In this document: piece by piece, positions 1 through 10,590 of the stretch
Position numbering within the stretch: position 1 is the first letter of the stretch
Layout: each line of letters begins with the position of its first letter
Source: a virus
Length of the DNA stretch: 64,000 nt
Direction: 5' to 3' (one strand)
IMG/VR virus record: IMGVR_UViG_3300021091_000020
Location: 32,001 to 96,000 of that record
Notes under the pieces: model-generated
Told to the model about the DNA's origin: nothing
Database searches by the model: none
The model's input: only the letters and a program-made list of their open reading frames with translations
Program-made: the position numbers and the translations under genes

Positions 1-339
1 TGCACCCAAATCAATACCTTCAACCAGGATGTTTTCGGAACCTGGTCTATGTAAATAATCATTTTCCAAAAAGTATATTATATCATCTTCATTTTGTTTC
101 AATGCCCAATCTAGTGCAAGATTGAATGTTCCTGCACCATGACCAATGGAAACCTTTTGAATACCATCAACATATTTCAGTATCGTTTGTTCTGTGGTAT
201 CTGAAACATTATCCGCAATAATATGAAAGTTATCTCTACCAAATACTTGAACTGCATTTCTTAAACAGTTTTCATTTGTTATGTATTCTGGTTTAACCTT
301 GTTGTAACCAGCATCTGATATTCTATAAACTATTTTCAT
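1..339 (-). CDS. GT2/GT-A-like glycosyltransferase (partial, runs off the left edge)
   Basis: Not in the ORF track. Manual translation from ATG at 339 gives MKIVYRISDAGYNKVKPEYITNENCLRN...IIYFLENDYLHRPG, with an acidic xENDY motif after a hydrophobic strand typical of GT-A enzymes. Confidence 0.6.
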   Translation of the reverse strand, partial: MKIVYRISDAGYNKVKPEYITNENCLRNAVQVFGRDNFHIIADNVSDTTEQTILKYVDGIQKVSIGHGAGTFNLALDWALKQNEDDIIYFLENDYLHRPGSENILVEGIDLGA

Positions 340-354
340 TTAGTTAATTTTATT

Positions 355-1320
355 TTATTTAACATGACTTAATACATATTTAGCGAGTTTAGTTGTAGTT
401 AGTTCTGATTTTGTATATGATACTAACTTATCAATATAATGTGAATACAAATTGTAAAAGTCATCATCTATTGGTAAATTGTTTATCAAATTTAAATCTC
501 TATTCATTATCATAGTATTCCTATCATCATATTGAAACTCACCACCCATATTAAATAAATCGTATATGCCTGATTTTTTATAGTATTCAATCAGAATTTC
601 TTTTGGGTAAGTTGTACAAATAGTTGGTGGACATTTTTCAATATCCAAAAATAAAGGCATACAACCTGTTGAAATGATTTCATAATGGCGAAGACAATCC
701 CAACCAGATTTTTTCCAAGTAAATCCAAATAAAGAAACTGCATAATCTGTAAAGTATTCGTTTTCATCATTGAATATAAAAGTTTCTGCAACACCAGGAA
801 TTACATGAGCAACTAACTTTTCTTTTTGTAATACACCGCGAACAATTTTATTATCTGGCTGTGCAAATGATATTGGCTTTATGAATGGATATTTGTAATA
901 ATCATCTAATAAAAATTCACGTTTGAAATATATTGTGTTTAATATGTATTCACTTGCCAAATCTGTTTCGTCTTGACCATCCAATACAATTATATTATCT
1001 TCATTGTAATAATGGAATACAATATCTTTTAGATCTGAATTTCTTTGTATGTTACCGTAAATAACCGCATCAAAGTATTTGTTTTTTATTTTATTCTCTA
1101 TGTCACTTCTATCAGAATTATTAGGTGGCAATGAAGCGTAATATGTAAACCCTCTACCATGAAATCTATTAACAAGCATATTCTTATCAATATCATCATA
1201 CATATACCACAAAGGATTGTAGTCTACAACTTCAACACCGTCTATATTTAAAAGTCCATGAAAAACTGCATCGGACAGAAAATCATTTTGTGAATTATTT
1301 GCAATAAAAAGTATTTTCAT
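355..1320 (-). CDS. Putative glycosyltransferase (GT-B/exostosin-like C-terminal half)
   Basis: Motifs IIVLDGQD, YFKRE and KKSGWDCLRHYEIISTGCMPLF. Start moved to MKILF (ATG 1320). Island context. Confidence 0.55.
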   Translation of the reverse strand: MKILFIANNSQNDFLSDAVFHGLLNIDGVEVVDYNPLWYMYDDIDKNMLVNRFHGRGFTYYASLPPNNSDRSDIENKIKNKYFDAVIYGNIQRNSDLKDIVFHYYNEDNIIVLDGQDETDLASEYILNTIYFKREFLLDDYYKYPFIKPISFAQPDNKIVRGVLQKEKLVAHVIPGVAETFIFNDENEYFTDYAVSLFGFTWKKSGWDCLRHYEIISTGCMPLFLDIEKCPPTICTTYPKEILIEYYKKSGIYDLFNMGGEFQYDDRNTMIMNRDLNLINNLPIDDDFYNLYSHYIDKLVSYTKSELTTTKLAKYVLSHVK

Positions 1321-1330
1321 TTTAATAAAC

Positions 1331-1942
1331 CTATCGTGTAAACAAAACATCTTTCTGCATTATTTTACCATTAATCACGTGATCATATATTGGTGTATTG
1401 TTTTCAAAACCAATACTATTCATGTAATCAATTACATCATCAATCTTCGGAGAATTTTTATTATATTCTACAACAGAACATTCCATTAAAATATAATCGG
1501 CGAATTGTAGTAAACTCGAACCACCTTTGATAATATCAATTTCAGAACCCTGCGTATCAAGTTTTATGAAATTGAAACGCATATTTGGTAACAAAGTATC
1601 AAGTGTTTTTGCATTTACCATGACTTCAATTACATTATCATCATTGAAGTGTTCGGTCAATTCTCTATAATAAGAATTACCAGTAGAAGTTAAATCATTT
1701 TTATTCATATAGTAACAAACATCACGTTCAATATCAGACAACAATGTTATATCATAGGTTGCAAACTCAATGCCTTTTAGTGATTGTTCACAATTGACAT
1801 TCGCCTCTATCATATGATATTTAGCATTCGGAAACAACTCATACATTGATAAAGTAAATTCGCCAAGATGAGCACCAATATCTAATACACTCTCTACATT
1901 TAATTCGGACAACTTTCTTAAATAAGCAAAATGATTTAACAT
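1331..1942 (-). CDS. FkbM-family SAM-dependent methyltransferase
   Basis: VLDIGAHLGEF (motif I), IEAN, TLDTLL and FIKLDTQGSEIDII. Confidence 0.85.
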   Translation of the reverse strand: MLNHFAYLRKLSELNVESVLDIGAHLGEFTLSMYELFPNAKYHMIEANVNCEQSLKGIEFATYDITLLSDIERDVCYYMNKNDLTSTGNSYYRELTEHFNDDNVIEVMVNAKTLDTLLPNMRFNFIKLDTQGSEIDIIKGGSSLLQFADYILMECSVVEYNKNSPKIDDVIDYMNSIGFENNTPIYDHVINGKIMQKDVLFTR

Positions 1943-1944
1943 GA

Positions 1945-2904
1945 TCAACCTAAATAAACATTCTTAAATATATTCATAACATTCTCTGGTGTATATTGAG
2001 TATATGCATTCCAATCATTTTTTGATGAAATTATTTCTTTTGCGTTTAATATCTTTTCAATTAAATCATCATAGTCTGAATATAATACACATTTATCTCC
2101 CAACATTTCAAGGTGAGCACCATCACATAATGCATCAGTACAATATGTTGTTGTAAATACTGGTTTATTTTTAACAGAAAATTCTGCAACCGTCAATCCA
2201 AAACTTTCACCACCATTTCTAGCATGAAGACAGGCATCACAAGTATTTATGAAACCAACTTTTCTTTCCATGTCAGTTGTTGCATCAAGGAATATAATAT
2301 TATCTATTCCTTCACAAAAAGGTTCAGAGTTCATAAATAAAAAGTAAATGTCTTTATATTTTTGAGCAACATCAATTACTGCCTTCTTTGCAAAATCTAT
2401 ATTAAAAGAAGTTGGTCCACCGTAATAACCAAATACAGTTGCGTCCTTTGGTATGTTCAAAAAATCTCGGTAATTCATATTGTGATCGTGTTTTAATATG
2501 TCTATCATGTGTGGAACATATGGCAATTCACCATCACTTGCTTTTTCTGATAACCACTTCGATACATAAGCATATACATCGCCATGTGGTTGTCTATATT
2601 GAAAAACAGAATGAACTACATTCTTTATTCCAGGAACAAGTAATCCGTCATTTGATCCACCCTTAATGTAATATATCAAATCTATTTTATTTTTACCAAC
2701 TATATTATTTACTTCAGAAAAGTTATCATAGAGTATTACTTCAAATTCACGATTGAATTTTTCGTAAGCAGACATATCGGCATTTCTATCTGAAACTATT
2801 ATTGATTTGTTACCAAGAATTTCTCTATTGTAATAGGCATAATCATATAAAGAAATTTCTGTTCCTCTAACACCAAGTTGGTTACTGTGAAATGCTATCT
2901 TCAT
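1945..2904 (-). CDS. GT-B fold glycosyltransferase
   Basis: N-terminal RGTEISLYDYA and C-terminal HARNGGESFGLTVAEF (E-x7-E GT4-like signature). Confidence 0.75.
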   Translation of the reverse strand: MKIAFHSNQLGVRGTEISLYDYAYYNREILGNKSIIVSDRNADMSAYEKFNREFEVILYDNFSEVNNIVGKNKIDLIYYIKGGSNDGLLVPGIKNVVHSVFQYRQPHGDVYAYVSKWLSEKASDGELPYVPHMIDILKHDHNMNYRDFLNIPKDATVFGYYGGPTSFNIDFAKKAVIDVAQKYKDIYFLFMNSEPFCEGIDNIIFLDATTDMERKVGFINTCDACLHARNGGESFGLTVAEFSVKNKPVFTTTYCTDALCDGAHLEMLGDKCVLYSDYDDLIEKILNAKEIISSKNDWNAYTQYTPENVMNIFKNVYLG

Positions 2905-3482
2905 AACAAACTAATCTCCACATCATCTGAAAAGAAGATTATTCCTGTTCCAGTTATGTGTCCATAATCTGTTACATCCATTTTATTTTGTTCTACACCA
3001 TACCAAAATATTTCCATTCCTTCATTCAAATGTATATCATCCCAAATAGTAATACCTTTGTAATTATTATCAACTAACCAATCATAACACATTTGTTCAA
3101 ATTCACCAGTATGTGGTGCATCTATGAATATCATTTTTGAGTTTAGGATTTTTTCTTTGTATTCATCATCACCATTAAATTCGCATAACCTAAACGATAA
3201 GTTTTTTATATGAGACAAATCATTTTCTTTTACATCAACAATATCGTATGTAATAACATCATGGTTAGTTGCGGTTGCCAGTGCAACTGCAGATGTTCCA
3301 CAATGTGTTCCTATTTCAATGATAGGTCCATCTATGTTTTTTGCGAAGTATTTTAATAAACGATAATGTTCTTGTCCACTTGGTTTGTCATAGTAATCTT
3401 GATAACAACCTATAACTTTCATATCATCAGACATATCTATATCGTCTAATGTTTCATTGTCTAAATAAATAATTCTTGACAT
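2901..3482 (-). CDS. Class I SAM-dependent methyltransferase (Methyltransf_24-like)
   Basis: IIEIGTHCGTS, ITYDI, MIFIDAPH and GITIWDDI. Confidence 0.75.
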   Translation of the reverse strand: MSRIIYLDNETLDDIDMSDDMKVIGCYQDYYDKPSGQEHYRLLKYFAKNIDGPIIEIGTHCGTSAVALATATNHDVITYDIVDVKENDLSHIKNLSFRLCEFNGDDEYKEKILNSKMIFIDAPHTGEFEQMCYDWLVDNNYKGITIWDDIHLNEGMEIFWYGVEQNKMDVTDYGHITGTGIIFFSDDVEISLL

Positions 3483-3483
3483 A

Positions 3484-4200
3484 TCACACCTTTCCTTTTA
3501 AAAATAATTTATATTCAGTTTCACTTGGCCACTCATTTGGATTACCGTATAATTTTGTAAACCATTCACTATATTTAGGAACATCTATTCCATTGAAAGC
3601 AGTTTCATATGTATATCCACCCCATTTTTTATCAACATAATTTGCATTAGCAGGTGAAGTCTCTGGTGGTTTAACATCATCGTTATTAGCAATACTGCAA
3701 TTAAATGCATTTGATATTCCTAATGTTTTTACTTCTATACCATTTAATTCACATCTATATTGATAATCATTATCTTCACATCCACCATAAACTATATTCT
3801 CATCAAATCTACCAACCTTTTCAAATGTATCTCTGTGTATTGCAAACGTTGAAAATGTAAAGCCGTTATTAAATGTACCACACAAGGTATTTGGATTGCA
3901 TTCTTTAAGCAGAACATCAAATATTTCTTCCGATATTCTTGCGTCTTCTTGTCCTATTATTATTTTTTCAAATCCATAATATTTAAAACCAATATCGCAT
4001 ATTAAATTCCATCCCCCAGCACATCCAACATTTTGTTTATTGGTGTGGATGATATATGGATTTATTTTATTTGATGATGTCTGTCTACCATTATCTATTA
4101 TTCTTAAATTGGTATTTGTGAACTGATTGAAGTCATACCATTGCTCGAAATAATTTATTGCGTTATATCCCAAAACAAAATAGTTATACATTAAATTCAT
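3484..4200 (-). CDS. GT2-like glycosyltransferase
   Basis: IIDNG, NVGCAGGWN, IGQED and FEKVGRFDENIVYGGCEDNDY. Confidence 0.75.
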   Translation of the reverse strand: MNLMYNYFVLGYNAINYFEQWYDFNQFTNTNLRIIDNGRQTSSNKINPYIIHTNKQNVGCAGGWNLICDIGFKYYGFEKIIIGQEDARISEEIFDVLLKECNPNTLCGTFNNGFTFSTFAIHRDTFEKVGRFDENIVYGGCEDNDYQYRCELNGIEVKTLGISNAFNCSIANNDDVKPPETSPANANYVDKKWGGYTYETAFNGIDVPKYSEWFTKLYGNPNEWPSETEYKLFLKGKV

Positions 4201-5108
4201 TATTCCAATTCCTTAATAATATGTTCAATAACTTCTTCATCGGTTAAAAAAGGATCTAATACAACATGATCTGAGTTTGGAAAGTAATATTTTGGTCCTA
4301 ATTTTGGTTCATCTATTTGTTTCAAAACTCCTTTTGGTCCATAAAGTTGATGGATAAAATCTCCTGTTAGTATTGTTTTTGTACCAACACCTGCAGCTAA
4401 ATTCGCTAAACCACCTTCTGTCCCAACAAATGCATGACACATTTTAATAACTGACGCCTGGAATAATAGTGATAATGGCGATTCATCTTCAATATATTGT
4501 GTTTGATATTGACTAATTTCTTGCTCAAATCCAACAAATATGACATTAAATTTTTCTTCAAGTTTATCAACTATGTATTCAACATTTCGGTGTTTACCAC
4601 CATAGCCACGTAGTGGTATATCCACGGCATTCTCATATTGTTCTGGTGTAAATCTATACGTTTTTTCTTTCCAATTACGCATCACTGCTATAAATTTTTT
4701 ATTAGGATCAAACGGATGTTCTCCGGAACTCATTTGAGCTTCAAAGAAAACATCATAATCAAAATCTGTGTATACTTTATATCCAGAAGATGGATTCCTA
4801 ACTCCAGCAAATTTTTGAAACTCAATAGTTGGTGGTTCTAAAAATGATAATGGTTCCAATTTTACAATCTTGTCATACTTTGATGCGTCTATTTTACTAT
4901 GGGTAGGTGACGCTAACGGTATCTCTGAAACATATACATTATTTACGTATGGATTATTTTTTAAAAGTCTTGCAACTTGTGGAAACCCTATTAAATAATC
5001 AACATTTACAAATTGATTTTCTTGTTTTAACTTTTTAGCAATTGAAGATGCAAAAAGTATATCACCAAAAAATCCATGTGTTACTATTAAACAATTAGTA
5101 TTTATCAT
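4200..5108 (-). CDS. GT9 (heptosyltransferase-like) glycosyltransferase
   Basis: GFFGDILFASSI, LLKNNPYVN and AFVGTEGGLANLAAGVGTKTI match GT9 signatures. Confidence 0.7.
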   Translation of the reverse strand: MINTNCLIVTHGFFGDILFASSIAKKLKQENQFVNVDYLIGFPQVARLLKNNPYVNNVYVSEIPLASPTHSKIDASKYDKIVKLEPLSFLEPPTIEFQKFAGVRNPSSGYKVYTDFDYDVFFEAQMSSGEHPFDPNKKFIAVMRNWKEKTYRFTPEQYENAVDIPLRGYGGKHRNVEYIVDKLEEKFNVIFVGFEQEISQYQTQYIEDESPLSLLFQASVIKMCHAFVGTEGGLANLAAGVGTKTILTGDFIHQLYGPKGVLKQIDEPKLGPKYYFPNSDHVVLDPFLTDEEVIEHIIKELE

Positions 5109-5472
5109 ACGACTTTTCCTCTACAAAATTTGAATTTGTTTTTTCGTTTATTTCTTTTTTTATAGTAAATCTTAAATCATTTGTAATATACACATTTCTT
5201 GCGTAAAAAACAAATTCTTTATCAAATTGTTTTAATTTTTCTTTACCGCGAATTAAATCTTCTGTTTTCCATAATTCCACATTAATGTCATACAGTTTGT
5301 TAAATAAATCAGCTATGCCATCTATTGATAACAAATTTTTTGATAAACGATTTAATTCTCTGTATTCCTTGAATATATTTACTAGCTTCGTTTCATCTGA
5401 TATGTTTTCCATTTTTATCTTCAATATAGAAAGTTTATCCAGAAGTTCACCATTTGATATTTCTACCATCAT
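5095..5472 (-). CDS. DUF6165-like protein
   Basis: VEISNGELLDKLSILKIK, LWKTED, ARNVYITND and terminal EEKSY; this family is commonly found next to GT9 genes. Confidence 0.65.
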   Translation of the reverse strand: MMVEISNGELLDKLSILKIKMENISDETKLVNIFKEYRELNRLSKNLLSIDGIADLFNKLYDINVELWKTEDLIRGKEKLKQFDKEFVFYARNVYITNDLRFTIKKEINEKTNSNFVEEKSYDKY

Positions 5473-6200
5473 AGACGTATCTCATAATTTATTTCACTAC
5501 CATCCAACATTTTTAATTCTTCTTTTTTCAAAAATGGAATCATCTGTGGATATATGCCAAAACCATTTGATGATCCATACAAACCTGCAAACGGGATAAT
5601 ATCCGTTTCATCATTATCTACTAAATCTATACAATAAAATTTATCAAAATTATTAGAACTCATCCCCTCAAATTTCCAAGGAGTAACATTCATGTCCCCA
5701 TCCAATAGTTCAAGAAATGTACTTTTTTTCCAAATGGCAGTCATCAAACTTGTTCTCCATTTTTGTTCTTTTGTTATCTCTCGTATAAAAACATTATCAT
5801 TTACTTCAAGAGAAATTCCATTTCCAGGAGGAGAAGTTATGAACCTAACATAATCTATTTTGTTTTCAATGACATAATCTATTAAAGAACTTAATTGATT
5901 TTGATCAACATAATCAATCAATGCATAATCTTCTTGCATATAGATGAAGTAATCACAATCAATACCATTCAAAAATGTTTTAATCATATACGACCAATCG
6001 GTTGGACCGTTTGACTCCATATTGAACTTTACATTCTTTAATTTAAGTGATGTTTCAAACTTTGGAAATTCTGAATTTTCTGACAAATAATATATTGGAT
6101 ATGGACAATCTTTCCAATACTTATTAAATAATTGTAGTTGTATATCCCATAGGTATCTATACTTATCACAACTACTAACAATAACAGGTATATTATTCAT
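5469..6200 (-). CDS. Putative GT-A glycosyltransferase
   Basis: SSCDKY..LW...KYWKDCPYPIY, YMQEDY and PWKFE. Confidence 0.6.
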   Translation of the reverse strand: MNNIPVIVSSCDKYRYLWDIQLQLFNKYWKDCPYPIYYLSENSEFPKFETSLKLKNVKFNMESNGPTDWSYMIKTFLNGIDCDYFIYMQEDYALIDYVDQNQLSSLIDYVIENKIDYVRFITSPPGNGISLEVNDNVFIREITKEQKWRTSLMTAIWKKSTFLELLDGDMNVTPWKFEGMSSNNFDKFYCIDLVDNDETDIIPFAGLYGSSNGFGIYPQMIPFLKKEELKMLDGSEINYEIRL

Positions 6201-6203
6201 TTC

Positions 6204-6839
6204 TTATCTCCTAACATATAAACCATCACCCCAGCCATTACCTGTATCAAAATATTTTACAAGTTCAAAACCGAGTGACTTCATATAATTGGTAAATTCT
6301 GGTTCAAGCATACAACCTTTATACATACTATCAAAATTCAATTCCGTATAAATGTAATCAATATATTGTATGTTTTTTAAGAAACCTTTTATGGCAAAAA
6401 CTTCAGCACCTTGAATGTCTAACATCAAAACATTATATTTATTCATATCAATTTTTTCTCTTTCAATGAGAGTGTCAATCGTTATACTTCTTAATTTAAG
6501 AACATCAATAACATCAGACATCGTTGGATAGTAATATGAATGTCTATCAAATTGTAGCATTGAAGATGATTGTAAATGATTTGATATATTAAAATCATAT
6601 TCAATCCCATCAACATCTGATACAAGTTCATTAAAAATTAAACACCCACTATCAACATTATTTTTAAGTTCAGAAATGATATTTGGATTTGCTTCCACAA
6701 ATATAAAATCCGATATACCAATTTGTTTGAGTTTCAAAAATTCTTTGGAAATAAAACTTCCAATTTGTATCAGACCTTTAAAATTTAAATCAAACTCTAA
6801 TTTCAATTCATTCAAATCTAATTCTTTTAACATTATCAC
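6204..6839 (-). CDS. FkbM-family methyltransferase
   Basis: FVEANP, SITIDTL, LMLDIQGAE, YIYTE and WGDGLY. Confidence 0.8.
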   Translation of the reverse strand: MIMLKELDLNELKLEFDLNFKGLIQIGSFISKEFLKLKQIGISDFIFVEANPNIISELKNNVDSGCLIFNELVSDVDGIEYDFNISNHLQSSSMLQFDRHSYYYPTMSDVIDVLKLRSITIDTLIEREKIDMNKYNVLMLDIQGAEVFAIKGFLKNIQYIDYIYTELNFDSMYKGCMLEPEFTNYMKSLGFELVKYFDTGNGWGDGLYVRR

Positions 6840-7798
6840 AATTCCAATATATCAATAATTTTATTAGTTATATTCGGACCAGACGCGTTTTTAATATACC
6901 ACTCTCTCGCATTATTTGATATAAAATTTAAATAGTCATCATCGTTTATCACTTGATTGTATCTATCTATTATTTTATCTGCAAGTAATTGTGGATTTTT
7001 ATATCTATAAATTTCATCGAAATCGCAATCAACCGATATGTAATGGAAATCTGGAATAAGTTCATCGCTAGATTTAACTGCATATTTCGGTCTTATAGTT
7101 GGTATTCCCATCCCATACATTTCTATATCTCTAAAACAAAAATCGCCACATACATAACCACCACCAACTCCAAAACATAATGCAAGTTTAAATTGTATTG
7201 ATTCTTGAATGTAATCATCAAACAATAATGGACTATCACCGAAATAAAAACTATCCAATTTACTGTTTAAAATTTGTATAGACAATCTTCTATTAAATTC
7301 TACCATATTAGGATTACGATATATGCTACCACGCCAATATAATCTTTTGTCCAATTCTATTGAATTTCTATATTCTTTTATTGTTTCATAATTTTCTATT
7401 CCAAAATTCCAACAACTTTCTGGATAAACACTTGGTTTTATTTTATCAAGTAATTCTTTATTTTCTATTATTTGATTCCATAGTTGTTGATTATATTGTC
7501 CTATTGCTGCTCCAATGAAATTTTTAGATTTAGATAATTCAACAGTTAATGTTGGTGCATCACCGAAATCAAAAGTCTTAAATTTTTTTGTATCATCAAA
7601 TTCAAATATAATAATAGATCCTTGATTTATTAAGACATTACAATCGTTTTGATAATAAAACTTATCATCGCCATTCATATCATGGTGATTTATTTCATAT
7701 CTGTTCCCTAATATTTTTTTCAATTCATTTGTATTATGTGCATCAAATCTATGATTTGGAATACCTCTATGAAATGTGTATATGTTTAGTTTTTGCAT
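6836..7798 (-). CDS. Putative glycosyltransferase (GT90/GT-B-like)
   Basis: LYWRGS, GDFCFRDIE..MGIP, LIPDFHYI and ISNNAREWY. Start moved to ATG 7798. Confidence 0.5.
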   Translation of the reverse strand: MQKLNIYTFHRGIPNHRFDAHNTNELKKILGNRYEINHHDMNGDDKFYYQNDCNVLINQGSIIIFEFDDTKKFKTFDFGDAPTLTVELSKSKNFIGAAIGQYNQQLWNQIIENKELLDKIKPSVYPESCWNFGIENYETIKEYRNSIELDKRLYWRGSIYRNPNMVEFNRRLSIQILNSKLDSFYFGDSPLLFDDYIQESIQFKLALCFGVGGGYVCGDFCFRDIEMYGMGIPTIRPKYAVKSSDELIPDFHYISVDCDFDEIYRYKNPQLLADKIIDRYNQVINDDDYLNFISNNAREWYIKNASGPNITNKIIDILEL

Positions 7799-7799
7799 A

Positions 7800-8537
7800 T
7801 CAATCCATAACAATGTAATTTTTACTTTTCAACCATCTAACATTTGCAAATTCAGTTTGAAATTCAGTAACATCAGCTTTCATATTTTTATAGCCGATGT
7901 GTCTTTCTTTGAAAGCATTTTCTATGTAGTATTTTTTTCCATCAAAGAAATCTTTTCTACCGTCATCATCTTTTTTATTCATATCACCATTGTCTTCGTG
8001 ATATAAACAATAGAATGTTCCGAGTTCATTTCTTTTTACGGGTATATTTGCCCAAACAAATCGTTCACGCAAATCTTCATCTTCATTACCCCAACCACGA
8101 TACTTTGGGTTGAACCCATTGATAGTTTCAAAGTGTTCTCGCTTCATACAAATAACTCCACCGTAAAATCTACTATCAATTTCATTTGACCATTTACGAT
8201 AACCGGCAGGTATGTCTGTATATTCTCTTGGAGACTTATTATCTTTGTCTAAAAATATACCAACTCTTGCAGGAAGAACTGGAATATCATCAACTTCATA
8301 TGAAACATCATCTGCAGGAACATAATCTACTTGATGAAATATAACAATATCGCCAGTTGATTTTCCGTATCCTACATTCTGAACACATGATATTTGAAAG
8401 TTATCGTTATTATTTTGTTCAGAAATTATTATCTCATAATCTTTACCGGAAAATACTTCTTGTAATCTTGGTAACAATACACTTAAATTATCTTCTCGGT
8501 TTCTATATGGTATTATTATTGAGTATTTCACAATCAA
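7800..8537 (-). CDS. GT7 beta-1,4-galactosyltransferase-like protein
   Basis: IIIPYRNR, FHQVD, YGGV and INGFNPKYRGWGNEDEDL (GT7 GWGxEDxD signature). Confidence 0.8.
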   Translation of the reverse strand: MIVKYSIIIPYRNREDNLSVLLPRLQEVFSGKDYEIIISEQNNNDNFQISCVQNVGYGKSTGDIVIFHQVDYVPADDVSYEVDDIPVLPARVGIFLDKDNKSPREYTDIPAGYRKWSNEIDSRFYGGVICMKREHFETINGFNPKYRGWGNEDEDLRERFVWANIPVKRNELGTFYCLYHEDNGDMNKKDDDGRKDFFDGKKYYIENAFKERHIGYKNMKADVTEFQTEFANVRWLKSKNYIVMD

Positions 8538-9169
8538 ACTCTCTTATATGATGCCTTTTTTCCATCATTTTCAATTAACTGAAACTTATTGTCTTTTAAT
8601 AATTTGTTTTGTATTTTCGATAAATCATAATAAGTAACATCATCGAATACAATATACCCACCAATAGAAATCCTATCCATAAAGAAATCAACTTCTGCCA
8701 TAACTTCGGATAGTGAATGTGGACCGTCAAGATGAACCAATGCATAGTTTGTATACATTGTTTTATCAATATCGTATATTGGAACACCGTCTTTATATTT
8801 ATCAAAAAATTCAGTATCTTCCAAACATATCAAATCAAATAATATGTTTTTTTCCATTGCAAGTTTGTAGAGTTTTATCATTGTATCATATTTCATTTGA
8901 TTGGTATAATCAAATCTAACTCTCGCCCCTTCCATAGAACTGTATATCAAGTTACCATACGGATCTATCGCAATGAATGGCCTTTTTGTATTATCGGTGT
9001 CCATACATCCTATCATCATAACGCCCATACCACCACCTTGTCTTAAACCAACTTCACAAACTATTCCGTCAACACCAACAATATCTTTTGCCGCATTATA
9101 CAAAACATTGTGATCATTATGATCAAACTCTAATCCAAACTGTTTTGCTCTTAAAACTATTGAACTCAT
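8534..9169 (-). CDS. SAM-dependent methyltransferase (TylF/Methyltransf_24-like)
   Basis: CEVGLRQGGG, IAIDPYG, VHLDGPH and GGYIVFDD. Confidence 0.7.
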   Translation of the reverse strand: MSSIVLRAKQFGLEFDHNDHNVLYNAAKDIVGVDGIVCEVGLRQGGGMGVMMIGCMDTDNTKRPFIAIDPYGNLIYSSMEGARVRFDYTNQMKYDTMIKLYKLAMEKNILFDLICLEDTEFFDKYKDGVPIYDIDKTMYTNYALVHLDGPHSLSEVMAEVDFFMDRISIGGYIVFDDVTYYDLSKIQNKLLKDNKFQLIENDGKKASYKRV

Positions 9170-9193
9170 ATAAACTCCAATTAAAATTTAAAA

Positions 9194-9955
9194 TCATAAC
9201 CTATCATACTGATGTACTATTGTATATTCACCAACTTTATTTATATCAAATTTAACATGACCACTTGCAATTACGTGAAGATGTACACCAAACTTATCAT
9301 TTAAATCCGTGAACATTACATCATCTTTATATGATGTTTGTATCAAATAATTAAATGATGTTTGATCAGCAACAAGTTTTTTACCAACAGACATAAGATA
9401 AATGTCTTTACATATATTCTTTACATAGTGACCACCACCACCGAAAACACCAACATTGTAAACTTCTTTGTCCATCAATGTGTCAGTTCCTATTCCACCT
9501 AAATTAACAAACAAGTGCCGTTTATTCCAATCTTCGTTTTCATATTTAACAACTTCACTTGAAGCAATTATCAAATTATGTGGTATCTGGTGAAAAGGAT
9601 CTCTATTGAAATATACGTCCCTAACATCAGTTATCAAAACTTTTTCATAATCATTATCATTTAAAAATTGCCATATATGAAAGAAACGAACATTGTGAAC
9701 AAGATTGTATGATGTTTCAATATCCATCTGTCCGGTGTCTGTTAAAAATTCATTTACAATATCACCGTAAATATTATGTTCCGGCAAAATAACTTCTACT
9801 TTATTTTCTTTTAGATACGATATAATATCTAGATTGGAATTGTTATACAGTAATAATACACGATCACATTCTATTGAGTTTGATGTTTCAACCCACTTTT
9901 GAATATCACTTACTTTATAGTTTCCACTTATTGCACCGATAATTAAATTATCCAT
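9194..9955 (-). CDS. GT-A fold glycosyltransferase
   Basis: VLITDVRDVYFNRDPF (DxxD), NVGVFGG, DQTSFN and terminal VHQYDR. Confidence 0.65.
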   Translation of the reverse strand: MDNLIIGAISGNYKVSDIQKWVETSNSIECDRVLLLYNNSNLDIISYLKENKVEVILPEHNIYGDIVNEFLTDTGQMDIETSYNLVHNVRFFHIWQFLNDNDYEKVLITDVRDVYFNRDPFHQIPHNLIIASSEVVKYENEDWNKRHLFVNLGGIGTDTLMDKEVYNVGVFGGGGHYVKNICKDIYLMSVGKKLVADQTSFNYLIQTSYKDDVMFTDLNDKFGVHLHVIASGHVKFDINKVGEYTIVHQYDRL

Positions 9956-9966
9956 TTAATATCACT

Positions 9967-10590
9967 TTACATTTTTGAATAAAAATCATTTTGTTTTTCT
10001 TGACGTTCTATTGTTTTCGGATGATAAAAACAAAAATCATCTTCTGCGGGTAATGATGTATGTGATGTATATCCAGACAATCTTTCATGTACTTTATTTT
10101 TCCAAACAATTTCTTTTTTGTTTCTGTATATGCGTGTTTGATAATCTGGCCAATTTATTCTTCCATGTTCATCATACACCCATCCCCACTTATCAATATG
10201 TTCCTGAGTTATATTATCAACTGTATTCCATCTTGGGACTAAAAACATTTCAACTTCTGAATTGTCTTTTAATATAGTGTATATGTTTCTTATCAAAAAG
10301 TCCGATGGTATTTCATCTGCATCTATATTGAATATCCATTCTTTTTTACAATGTTTCTTCAAATTGTTCTTAAATTTTGAGAAATTATTATTTAATGGAA
10401 ACTCAACAACTGTTAGGTTTTTTATTAAATGTTTATTATTTTCTATCAAATTTTTAACTTCATCCGTAACGGTATCTTTATCCATTTGAATAACAATTTC
10501 ATCTGCATCTGTTATTTTATTTTTCAAATAATAAATTAATCGCAATAATTCATCATGTTCATTGCAAACTGTTATAGTATATGAAATCAT
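9967..10590 (-). CDS. GT2 glycosyltransferase
   Basis: ISYTITVCNE, WIFNIDADE (DxD), WPDYQTRIY and VHE. Confidence 0.85.
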   Translation of the reverse strand: MISYTITVCNEHDELLRLIYYLKNKITDADEIVIQMDKDTVTDEVKNLIENNKHLIKNLTVVEFPLNNNFSKFKNNLKKHCKKEWIFNIDADEIPSDFLIRNIYTILKDNSEVEMFLVPRWNTVDNITQEHIDKWGWVYDEHGRINWPDYQTRIYRNKKEIVWKNKVHERLSGYTSHTSLPAEDDFCFYHPKTIERQEKQNDFYSKM

